DNA from: an uncultured Gammaproteobacteria bacterium
Lineage (GTDB): Bacteria > Pseudomonadota > Gammaproteobacteria > GCA-001735895
DNA length: 49,482 nt
NCBI GenBank assembly: GCA_937936805.1
Contig: CALDDP010000014.1
Location: forward strand, 1-49,482
Direction: 5' to 3'
Below the pieces are notes generated by a model. That model saw nothing but the letters and a program-made list of their open reading frames with translations, was not told the origin of the DNA and made no database searches. Both the position numbers and the translations under genes were made by a program. Shown here piece by piece: positions 42,447-49,482 of the stretch. How positions within the stretch are numbered: the stretch's first letter is position 1; every line of letters starts with the position of its first letter.

Positions 42447-43661
42447 ATGAACCAGGCCAGCAATCGACATAGCGTCAACGTTTCCGGTGTCATCATCGGC
42501 GGTAATGCACCCATAGTGGTGCAATCGATGACCAACACCGATACCGCTGATATCGCCGCCACGGTCGCGCAGGTACAGCTACTCTACGAATCCGGCTCGG
42601 AACTGGTGCGGTTAACGGTTAACAATGACGCCGCGGCCAGCGCAATTCCACATATCGTCGAGCAGCTGGATGCCCGCAATTGCCAGGTCCCCTTAATCGG
42701 TGATTTTCATTTCAATGGCCATAAACTGCTTAGTCAGCACCCCGCCTGCGCTGGCGCGCTGGCCAAGTACCGCATTAATCCGGGTAATGTCGGACGGGGT
42801 AAAAAACGCGATCAGCAGTTCAGCGAAATGATTGAAATTGCGTGTCGCCATGATAAACCGGTGCGTATCGGCGTGAATTGGGGCAGTCTCGACCAGCAGT
42901 TGCTGGCCAACCTGCTGACGCGCAATGCCAACCTCGCAGATCCGTTGTCGCTAGCAGCGATCAACCGTCAGGCAGTTATCGAATCGGCGCTTGACAGCGC
43001 CGCATTTGCCGAGGAAATCGGCCTTCCTGCTGATCACATCGTCATCAGTTGTAAAATGAGCCGGGTGCCGGACCTGGTCGAGGTGTATCAAACCCTGGCG
43101 CAAAAATGTCGCTATGCGCTGCATCTGGGTTTGACCGAAGCCGGTATGGGGGACCCGGGCATTATCGCTTCCAGCGCGGCATTGGCAATCCTGCTTAACC
43201 AGGGTATTGGCGATACGATCCGTGTCTCGCTGACACCGGAACCCGGTGCAACCCGGGAACGCGAAGTCAAGGTGGCGCAGCAGGTATTGCAGTCACTGGA
43301 GATACGTTCATTTTCGCCAAGCGTAACCGCATGTCCCGGCTGCGGACGCACCACCAGCGAGTATTTCCAGGTGCTTGCGCAACAGATCCAGCAGGAACTG
43401 GATGCATCGATGCCCACCTGGAAACATGACTACCCTGGTGTGGAAGCCATGAAAGTGGCGGTTATGGGATGCGTGGTAAATGGTCCGGGTGAAAGTAAAC
43501 ACGCCAATATAGGTATCAGCTTGCCCGGGACCGGGGAACAACCGGTTGCGCCGGTTTACGAAGATGGGTTAAAAACGGTTACGCTTAAGGGCGACGACAT
43601 TGCCCGGGAATTTATCGGGCTGGTGAAAAACTACGTTAAAACTCACTACGCTTCGAGTTAA
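42447..43661 (+). CDS. ispG: 4-hydroxy-3-methylbut-2-en-1-yl diphosphate synthase IspG (long type)
   Basis: [42 protein letters not shown], and the cluster cysteines CPGCGRT...GCVVNGPGE. Start trimmed to ATG 42447. Confidence 0.93.
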   Translation: MNQASNRHSVNVSGVIIGGNAPIVVQSMTNTDTADIAATVAQVQLLYESGSELVRLTVNNDAAASAIPHIVEQLDARNCQVPLIGDFHFNGHKLLSQHPACAGALAKYRINPGNVGRGKKRDQQFSEMIEIACRHDKPVRIGVNWGSLDQQLLANLLTRNANLADPLSLAAINRQAVIESALDSAAFAEEIGLPADHIVISCKMSRVPDLVEVYQTLAQKCRYALHLGLTEAGMGDPGIIASSAALAILLNQGIGDTIRVSLTPEPGATREREVKVAQQVLQSLEIRSFSPSVTACPGCGRTTSEYFQVLAQQIQQELDASMPTWKHDYPGVEAMKVAVMGCVVNGPGESKHANIGISLPGTGEQPVAPVYEDGLKTVTLKGDDIAREFIGLVKNYVKTHYASS

Positions 43662-43951
43662 GCTTTAATCTCCCTGATTTCGCAGGCAATCTCGAACAGA
43701 ACTTCGTTACTGGATACCCGGGCGACAACCACCTCCGCTTCCATCGGTGAAGTGGTAGAGTTGCTCGGAGTCAAAACGATTTGCAGCGTGGTGCCTGATT
43801 CGAATTTTTCGTTTGATGTGAACAGGATGCCCTTGCTACTTAGATTGATTACGTTGCCCTGGTACTGCTTTGTGCTCCCCTCTACCGAAAAGCTCAATTC
43901 GCAATCGATCGGCATGCGCAGGAAGTCACGTTTTTCCGCATAATCGATCAT
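43658..43951 (-). CDS. PilZ domain protein (c-di-GMP receptor)
   Basis: RxxxR (KRDFLRMP) and D/NxSxxG (NLSSKG) motifs at the canonical spacing. 97 aa, single domain. Confidence 0.8.
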   Translation of the reverse strand: MIDYAEKRDFLRMPIDCELSFSVEGSTKQYQGNVINLSSKGILFTSNEKFESGTTLQIVLTPSNSTTSPMEAEVVVARVSSNEVLFEIACEIREIKA

Positions 43952-43963
43952 TTAAAAGTCCTG

Positions 43964-44266
43964 TCAAAGTTTGAACAGTTTACCGAAGTTGGCGACGTCC
44001 AGTATTTTACGTACTTCGGGCGTGGCTTGTTTAATTTCGATACTCGACGATTCGCCACCGGCGTGCTCACGCAACAGCAGCAGCATGCCGAGGGCCGAGC
44101 TATCGAGGTAGTCAGTTTCCGCCAAATCAACCACATATTCAACACCATCACCCGCGGTATCGGCATAAGATGCACAAAACTCGTCGTACAATTGAAAATC
44201 AAATTTGCCGGCGACTGCGATGGTTACCTTGTTACCTTCATCGGACGTCGTCATATTTATGCTCAT
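43964..44266 (-). CDS. STAS domain protein (SpoIIAA-like anti-sigma-factor antagonist)
   Basis: 100 aa. ...VVDLAETDYLDSSALGMLLLLRE... carries the conserved DSS(A/G)LG block, including the phosphorylatable-Ser position. AAGAGG RBS upstream of the ATG. Confidence 0.8.
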   Translation of the reverse strand: MSINMTTSDEGNKVTIAVAGKFDFQLYDEFCASYADTAGDGVEYVVDLAETDYLDSSALGMLLLLREHAGGESSSIEIKQATPEVRKILDVANFGKLFKL

Positions 44267-44517
44267 TATTATTACCTCTTTCCTGATTCGAATCTGAAGT
44301 GGTTAACTTTACTGATTCAAATCCGTACCGATTAAAACATTCAAACATAGCCGCGGTCCAGCAAGATATTTTTAGCGCCTGCTTACGTTGGCTTGACTGT
44401 AAACTACTACTTTGGATACTACATCCGGTAAGTTACCGATCTACAGTTATCTAAAGCGCGACAACATCCTCCCTTATAGACCATATTAAAGCCTTTTTCA
44501 GCGCCGCCGGTAAAGCC

Positions 44518-44533
44518 TGTGAATCAGTTCACG
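44518..44533. promoter_or_regulatory. CRP/Vfr/FNR-type palindrome TGTGAATCAGTTCACG
   Basis: TGTGA-N6-TCACG read directly. It lies 252 bp upstream of the STAS start and 124 bp downstream of the GGDEF stop. It is nearly identical to the site at 47470. Confidence 0.45.
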
Positions 44534-44656
44534 CAACCATCCAGCGTATCAATTTAGCGGCGCCAGCAACAACACAACGGTCCGCCCGGCCGAGGCGGCA
44601 ACATTGATTGAAGCAGATGTGGGAAAGGTCGGGGTTTTCGGCCGGGACCCGGTAAA

Positions 44657-45286
44657 TCAGCAGATAATAACCTGGTTCTTGCCGTTAATTTTTGCCTGGT
44701 AGAGAGCTTTATCAGCCCGCTTGAATGCACTAAGGAAACTATCTCCGAGACGCACCAGGGTAATGCCAATGCTGATCTGAACACGCTCCTGCGCACCAAA
44801 TCCTTGCAGATCGAGTTCATCGATACTGCTGCGAATACGCTCACTGACATCGATTGCTCCATGGATATCGGTCTGTGCCAGGCCACCTACAAACTCGTCA
44901 CCTCCATAGCGATAGACGAGGTCGGTGTTACGCACCACCTGGCTGATTACCTGCGCGACTTCGCGCAACACCTGATCGCCGACGTCATGACCGCAGCCGT
45001 CGTTGATTTGCTTGAATCCGTCGAGATCCATCATCAGTAAAGCCATCGATTGACTGTGACGTTTAGCCAGGTCTATTTCACGCGGCAGGTTCTTTTCCAT
45101 CGCCATGCGATTGTTCAGCCCGGTCAGGGGATCACGATAAGCCGACTTGAGAGCGATCTGGTACATTAGTGCGTTCCTGATCGGATAAAGCAGCGAACAC
45201 ATCAGATCTTCCAGTTCGCAAAGTTCGTAGCTGTTAAAACTGGAGCGCTTGTAAAGGGTCAGTTCACCCAGCAACCGGTTCTGCAT
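44657..45286 (-). CDS. diguanylate cyclase (GGDEF domain only)
   Basis: Intact A-site GGDEF and I-site RNTD five residues upstream (RNTDLVYRYGGDEF), plus DPLTGLNNR and MDLDGFKQIND. There are only about 45 residues N-terminal to the domain. Confidence 0.88.
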   Translation of the reverse strand: MQNRLLGELTLYKRSSFNSYELCELEDLMCSLLYPIRNALMYQIALKSAYRDPLTGLNNRMAMEKNLPREIDLAKRHSQSMALLMMDLDGFKQINDGCGHDVGDQVLREVAQVISQVVRNTDLVYRYGGDEFVGGLAQTDIHGAIDVSERIRSSIDELDLQGFGAQERVQISIGITLVRLGDSFLSAFKRADKALYQAKINGKNQVIIC

Positions 45287-45287
45287 C

Positions 45288-45641
45288 TTGAGCCGGTACC
45301 TGGCGTTGAATCCAGCAACTACACCCTACCTGTTGCAACGGACTTCACTGGGCATGCAACAGGAAACCCAGCAACCCCCGTCGCTGAGTTTGGCCCTGCC
45401 GTTTCTCGATCAACAGGAAGTCAAACCGCTACACGTGGAAGCAGAGCAACGCGACCAGCCGCAGGAAGATAAAGAGCAAAGCTGGGATATCCGGCTGAGT
45501 TTCGAACTGGCCGGACTGGGACCTGTCGCCTGTCATCTGTTTCTGCAGGGCGTGACGGTAGCCGCCAGTTTTTACTGTGAGAATTCGCGCACCCGCGTGC
45601 AGGTCGAACAAGCGTTGCCAGAGCTAAAACAGCAGCTGTAG
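45288..45641 (+). CDS. FliK C-terminal (Flg_hook)-like protein; frame continues past an in-frame TAG to 45752
   Basis: WDIRLSFELAGLGPVACHLFLQGVTVAASFYCENSRTRVQVEQALPELKQQL resembles the FliK/hook-length-control C-terminal domain. The true start may be ATG 45354. After TAG 45639-45641, the same frame reads VAGFDAGELHSFAGK...SLIDIEV and stops at 45750-45752. Confidence 0.5.
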   Translation: MSRYLALNPATTPYLLQRTSLGMQQETQQPPSLSLALPFLDQQEVKPLHVEAEQRDQPQEDKEQSWDIRLSFELAGLGPVACHLFLQGVTVAASFYCENSRTRVQVEQALPELKQQL

Positions 45642-45754
45642 GTGGCCGGTTTCGACGCGGGTGAGTTGCACAGTTTTGCGGGAAAACCGGGCCAGTCCAG
45701 GGTCGCGGCCACGACCAGCTATGCTGAATCATTAATCGATATCGAGGTGTAGTC

Positions 45755-46084
45755 ATGAACAAACTGCCGAGATTTGCAATCGCCCTCGAATACGACGGCA
45801 AACAGGCTCCACTGGTGACAGCCAAGGGGCACGATGAAATAGCCAATAGAATTCTGCAACTGGCGCATGAGGCCAATGTGCCGATTCAAAAGGACAACGA
45901 ACTGGCGCTGGTACTCGATCATATCGATCTCGGCGATCATATTCCCGAAGCGCTATATGTCATCATCGCCGAGATCCTGACCTTCGCCTACCGACTGTCG
46001 GGTAAACACAAGGACTTCATGGACGATATCGAAATGCACACTGATCACAGCGCCGAAGCCAACTCTTCGAACCAGGATTATTAG
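45755..46084 (+). CDS. FlhB C-terminal-domain-like protein (EscU/YscU/HrcU family, soluble, no TM region)
   Basis: FAIALEYDGKQAPLVTAKGHDEIANRILQLAHEANVPIQKDNELALVL...IPEALYVIIAEILTFAY aligns with the post-NPTH part of the FlhB/YscU cytoplasmic domain (B. subtilis YlqH-like). Confidence 0.8.
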   Translation: MNKLPRFAIALEYDGKQAPLVTAKGHDEIANRILQLAHEANVPIQKDNELALVLDHIDLGDHIPEALYVIIAEILTFAYRLSGKHKDFMDDIEMHTDHSAEANSSNQDY

Positions 46085-46201
46085 GCTTCCAACCGGTTTG
46101 CAAACTGGCGCGGCGGACACTTTCGAGCAGGCAATAGCGTGCTATGCTAGCGGCCAGTCGAACACCGCAAACCGCGCTGAAGTGTTTATCGAGGCAGCCT
46201 T

Positions 46202-47335
46202 ATGAAAATCACCGATATCGAGGTTCACATACTGGGCGGCCCGCAGGAAGAGCGCCCGCATTGGGTAAGCCACTTCCCTGTCCCCGCTGCAAACGAGTTA
46301 CTCGTGATCCTGTACACGGACAGTGGTATTTCGGGCTTTGGTCTGGGTAGCAGCAATGGCCGGCTTGAACAAACTGCCGAGATGTTTGCCAACGGTTTGC
46401 GGGAAATAATCGTCGGTTCCGATGCCCTGTCACCGGAACGCCTTTATGAAAAGCTGTTCTCGCTAAGCTGGCACCGGATCGCAGCCGAGAAGGGCTGGAG
46501 CAAAGCGCAGATAGTCCTCGCCTCCGCAGCCGTCGATATCGCCATGTGGGACATACTGGGAAAGCACAGCAACATGCCTCTTTACCGGCTTTTTGGCGGC
46601 TATAAAGATGCTGTGCCCTGTTATGTCACCTGTGGCTACTACCGCGAAGGCAAGAATCTCGACGAGCTACGCGAGGAAATGCACATGCTCAAGTCACAGG
46701 GACATACCGCCTTCAAAGCCAAGCTTGGAGCTTTGAGCCTGGAACAGGATATGCAGCGCCTGCATACCATCCGGGACGTGATTGGCGATGATGCCGAGCT
46801 CATGCTCGACGTCAATTGCGGCTGGGACCTGGACACCGCCCTGGCGGCGGTAAAGCAACTGCGGGAAGTAAATCCCCGCTGGCTGGAAGAGCCCATGCAA
46901 TGGTATGACGACCGGCGCCTGTTAAAACTGCTGGCGCAGAATACCGACATACCGCTGTCTTCCGGAGAGAGTGAGCTGAGTGCGCATGGATGTCGCGCCT
47001 TACTAGAAGAGCAGGCAATCCAGATTCTGCAGTTTGACTGTACGCGAATGGGCGGGTTCACCATGGGACGAAAGCTGTCGGCGCTGGCCGAACTCAATCA
47101 CGTAGACGTGGCACCCCACCATGATTGTTTCATCCACGCCCATATTGTCGCGGCAAGCCCGGCGGGTTTGATCGTCGAAGCCTTTACCGATCCGGAGCGC
47201 GATCCGTTGCAGGCCGAACTGTTCCAAAATCCACCGCTGATCAAGGACGGCATGCTGCAACTCAATGACGATCCCGGTCTTGGTTTAACCCTGCGTACCG
47301 ATACGCTGGCCAAATATGGCCGACAAATAATGTAG
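46202..47335 (+). CDS. enolase-superfamily enzyme (mandelate racemase / muconate lactonizing enzyme family)
   Basis: KxK (FKAKLG), metal ligands DVNCGW / LEEP / GESE, and a C-terminal HHD region. The barrel plus capping-domain length is 377 aa. The substrate cannot be inferred. Confidence 0.85.
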   Translation: MKITDIEVHILGGPQEERPHWVSHFPVPAANELLVILYTDSGISGFGLGSSNGRLEQTAEMFANGLREIIVGSDALSPERLYEKLFSLSWHRIAAEKGWSKAQIVLASAAVDIAMWDILGKHSNMPLYRLFGGYKDAVPCYVTCGYYREGKNLDELREEMHMLKSQGHTAFKAKLGALSLEQDMQRLHTIRDVIGDDAELMLDVNCGWDLDTALAAVKQLREVNPRWLEEPMQWYDDRRLLKLLAQNTDIPLSSGESELSAHGCRALLEEQAIQILQFDCTRMGGFTMGRKLSALAELNHVDVAPHHDCFIHAHIVAASPAGLIVEAFTDPERDPLQAELFQNPPLIKDGMLQLNDDPGLGLTLRTDTLAKYGRQIM

Positions 47336-47469
47336 TATCGACAATAACTCATCAGTACGGCGGCACTTGCCTTACCATCGCAGAAAAACCTGCCCTGGAG
47401 CTGTGCGCACAAGTAAACATCAAGCCTGATTGCAGGCGACTTTGCCGGCCGCGTCAATCCAGCAAATTG

Positions 47470-47485
47470 TGTGAACCAGTTCACA
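47470..47485. promoter_or_regulatory. perfect CRP/Vfr-type palindrome TGTGAACCAGTTCACA
   Basis: TGTGA-N6-TCACA read directly, about 90-100 bp upstream of the lipoprotein start. A TATAAA hexamer lies about 30 bp downstream of the site. Confidence 0.5.
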
Positions 47486-47574
47486 GGAAAAGCCAGCCTT
47501 AATCATTTTGAGGGATATAAATCCCAATTTTTTACTGTTACTATTGTTTCAAAATATTACAAAGGACATTCGTG

Positions 47575-49104
47575 ATGCATTCTTTCATACAAAAACTGGC
47601 AGCCGTTTTTGCTGCTGTTGCGCTGGCAGCCGCGCTGGTTTCCTGCGGCGGTGGCAGCAGCAGTGTCGATGACCCCAGCCAGATTCAGGGCAAAGGTACG
47701 GTCGGTATCCTGTTAACCGACAAGCCGGCTGATCCGGCAATGTTTGCCGCCATTATCGCGTCGATTGTCAAGGTCGAACTCATGGGTTCGGAAGAAAATG
47801 GACGCGTCGAGCTCTACTCGGCTCCTCCTACTAAAGAATTTGATTTGTTAAGGTTGAGGAACGAATCGATACCACTGGCTTTCAAGGATAATATCCCCGC
47901 CGGCACCTATTGCAAGATCCGCTTGACCCTGAGTCAGCTCGAGCTGGTTCTGACTAACGGTACACCCAAAGATAGCAGCGACGATACTAGTGCATACCCC
48001 AAGTTACCCGGTAATGGCAAACTCGACCTGGTGGTACGTGATTGTTTTGACGTCGTGGCTGGAGAAGTGTTGGCCCTGCAGCTGGATATGGACGCCGGTA
48101 ACTCGTTTCACATCATCGAAAAGGGGAATTGCACTAACCAGCCGGACAAATGCTTTAATTTCCGTCCGGTTGTTTTTGTCGACGTCATCGAAAAGGACTT
48201 CAATAGCAAGCTGGTTCGCCTGGAAGGAAACATCAAAGAAGTATATTCTGACAGCCTGCTGCTTTGTGATGCGTTGCCCAACAAGGACATGGATAACGAA
48301 GGCTGCGTCAAAGTTCGTTTCGGCAAGGACTCCGCCTACTTCGATAATGTTGATAACGGGGGTGCTCCAACGTCCATTAGCGACGAACTGCTGCAGGACG
48401 ATATGATTGGCAAGAACCTTACCGTTGTGGGTTGGGTCAAGTCCTGGACCGATAATGATCACGATTACGACAAGTCCGAAGCGTATTATCCGCTGCTGTA
48501 CCTCGAGGCGCTGGTCGCGGAATCAGGCGAATTCAAGCAGATCGAAGGTCAGGTAGAAGCGCTCAATACTCCTGTCGATACCGGGTTTTCCATGGCGCCT
48601 TCATCAGGAACCAACACTATTGAGGTGTTATACCAGTCTCCGTTGTACCCGCAGCAGGCTGCAATTAACGGCACCCGGATCGTCTCCAAATCCGGTGATT
48701 TGCTGGAGCCTGGGGACATCGAAATATTTGTGCCGGTTCAGGTCGACGGTACCCCGGATGCTAATGATCCGCTGTTGATCAACGCCGCGCTGGTCATCGT
48801 CGACCAGAGTGCCCTGGATACCGAGCAGGTCACCGGTGTTATCCAGTCACTCAATACCAATATCCTGGAACTGGACCTGGCTGAGGACGCGGATCCGGTT
48901 TGCGGTGCCTCGACCGATCCTCTTATGGTGGGTTTGATCAATCCGCTGGAAATGTTGACGGTCATCATAACCAATGGCGGCAGTGAGATATTGCCGGGAG
49001 GCATACTCAGGGTCGGTCAGACAGTAGGCATGAATGGCGGCTGTCAATTTACCGGCAACTATGCAACCGACAATATCGTCATCATTGATGACCAGCGACA
49101 ATAA
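47575..49104 (+). CDS. lipoprotein with N-terminal DUF4382-like domain
   Basis: Lipobox ALVSCGG. GTVGILLTDKPAD....I.KVEL......V.L.......FDLLRL.......IPAGTYCKIRL resembles DUF4382. AAGGA lies 7 nt upstream of ATG 47575 (GTG 47572 is also in frame). A strong terminator follows. Confidence 0.65.
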   Translation: MHSFIQKLAAVFAAVALAAALVSCGGGSSSVDDPSQIQGKGTVGILLTDKPADPAMFAAIIASIVKVELMGSEENGRVELYSAPPTKEFDLLRLRNESIPLAFKDNIPAGTYCKIRLTLSQLELVLTNGTPKDSSDDTSAYPKLPGNGKLDLVVRDCFDVVAGEVLALQLDMDAGNSFHIIEKGNCTNQPDKCFNFRPVVFVDVIEKDFNSKLVRLEGNIKEVYSDSLLLCDALPNKDMDNEGCVKVRFGKDSAYFDNVDNGGAPTSISDELLQDDMIGKNLTVVGWVKSWTDNDHDYDKSEAYYPLLYLEALVAESGEFKQIEGQVEALNTPVDTGFSMAPSSGTNTIEVLYQSPLYPQQAAINGTRIVSKSGDLLEPGDIEIFVPVQVDGTPDANDPLLINAALVIVDQSALDTEQVTGVIQSLNTNILELDLAEDADPVCGASTDPLMVGLINPLEMLTVIITNGGSEILPGGILRVGQTVGMNGGCQFTGNYATDNIVIIDDQRQ

Positions 49105-49138
49105 AGTGAACTAGGTAATAACCAGCCGGGTTAGATAA

Positions 49139-49165
49139 AGCCACCCCTCGAGGGTGGCTTTTTTT
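49139..49165 (+). terminator. rho-independent terminator
   Basis: GCCACCC-CTCGA-GGGTGGC hairpin followed by a T7 run. Confidence 0.85.
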
Positions 49166-49260
49166 CGACAGATTCAGACCGGTCATGCCTGAACCTCGTT
49201 AACGCCTAAATATTCCCGATGCGTTTTATGCGCCACCGATACAGCGCCGCCGAGTTCCTT

Positions 49261-49482
49261 TTACTCAAGTTTTTCATGGATAAATGACCTGAGCCCGTCG
49301 ACATAGGTCGGACCACTGATGATAAATCCATCATTGTGACCACCGCGCATCTCGAGGAATTTTTTGGCGCGGGGCGCGGCATCGACAATCTCACGGCCTT
49401 CCGCGAAGGGAATCACGTCATCGCTCCTGCGGTGGGCAACCAGACCCGGACAGGCAATAGTGCTGACATAATTTTTGGTGTC
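49261..49482 (-). CDS. alpha/beta hydrolase, C-terminal fragment (5' end outside the window)
   Basis: The frame is open from the window edge: ...CPGLVAHRRSDDVIPFAEGREIVDAAPRAKKFLEMRGGHNDGF...HEKLE*. It shows the typical catalytic Asp and His (GHND) region of the alpha/beta fold. The ORF-track 49206..49394 frame looks spurious. Confidence 0.7.
   Translation of the reverse strand, partial: DTKNYVSTIACPGLVAHRRSDDVIPFAEGREIVDAAPRAKKFLEMRGGHNDGFIISGPTYVDGLRSFIHEKLE

Noticed and set aside
44296-44325. Sigma28 (FliA)-like promoter on the minus strand upstream of STAS (TAAAGTTA-N11-TTCGAATC)
   Set aside because: The -35-like element matches 7/8, but the -10 element matches only 3/8 of GCCGATAA. That is insufficient.
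46090-46105. Near-palindrome CCGGTTTGCAAACTGG after the FlhB-like gene
   Set aside because: The perfect core is 10 bp, there is no T-run, and it is a single copy. It could be an operator for the enolase-family gene, but there is nothing to support this beyond symmetry.
47395-47460. Weak resemblance to a c-di-GMP-I (GEMM) riboswitch (CGCACAAGTAAAC…TTGCCGGCC)
   Set aside because: Only short fragments match the Vc2-type sequence. The GNRA tetraloop/receptor helices and the conserved ACGCAAAGCC block are missing.

Overview
This window is a compact, almost entirely housekeeping chromosomal segment of a gammaproteobacterium. The synteny blocks smc-zipA-ligA, der-bamB-yfgM-hisS-rodZ-pilW-rlmN, surE-pcm-nlpD-rpoS and relA-ybbP-ybbA/tesA resemble Pseudomonadales/Cellvibrionales-type marine lineages. 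I can support 53 protein-coding genes, one of them cut by the window end. I also support two clear rho-independent terminators and a few candidate promoters and operators. I saw no tRNA, rRNA, CRISPR array, transposase, integrase or phage gene. Many ORF-track starts are spurious N-terminal extensions, and I trimmed them where a homology-consistent start abuts the upstream stop codon. Gene packing is very tight: there are many 1-8 nt same-strand overlaps and several convergent pairs whose stop codons touch or overlap.

Most of the window is ordinary core genome, and I found no convincing defence island or mobile element. The least ordinary part is 43.6-46.1 kb. It holds a PilZ + STAS operon, a sensor-less GGDEF cyclase, and a stand-alone FliK-C-like / FlhB-C-like gene pair with no export apparatus nearby. 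The FliK-like frame is split by an in-frame TAG.

Other points worth a second look:
- a membrane-anchored PetA-like Rieske-fold protein that has lost 3 of 4 Fe-S ligands (5190-5720)
- two nearly identical CRP/Vfr-type palindromes (44518, 47470)
- a dense palindromic/REP-like repeat cluster (1441-1660)
- a 26-bp perfect inverted repeat (4542-4625)
- ispG displaced from its conserved position between rodZ and hisS

All functional calls are from reading the translated ORFs against remembered family signatures. No database search was run.
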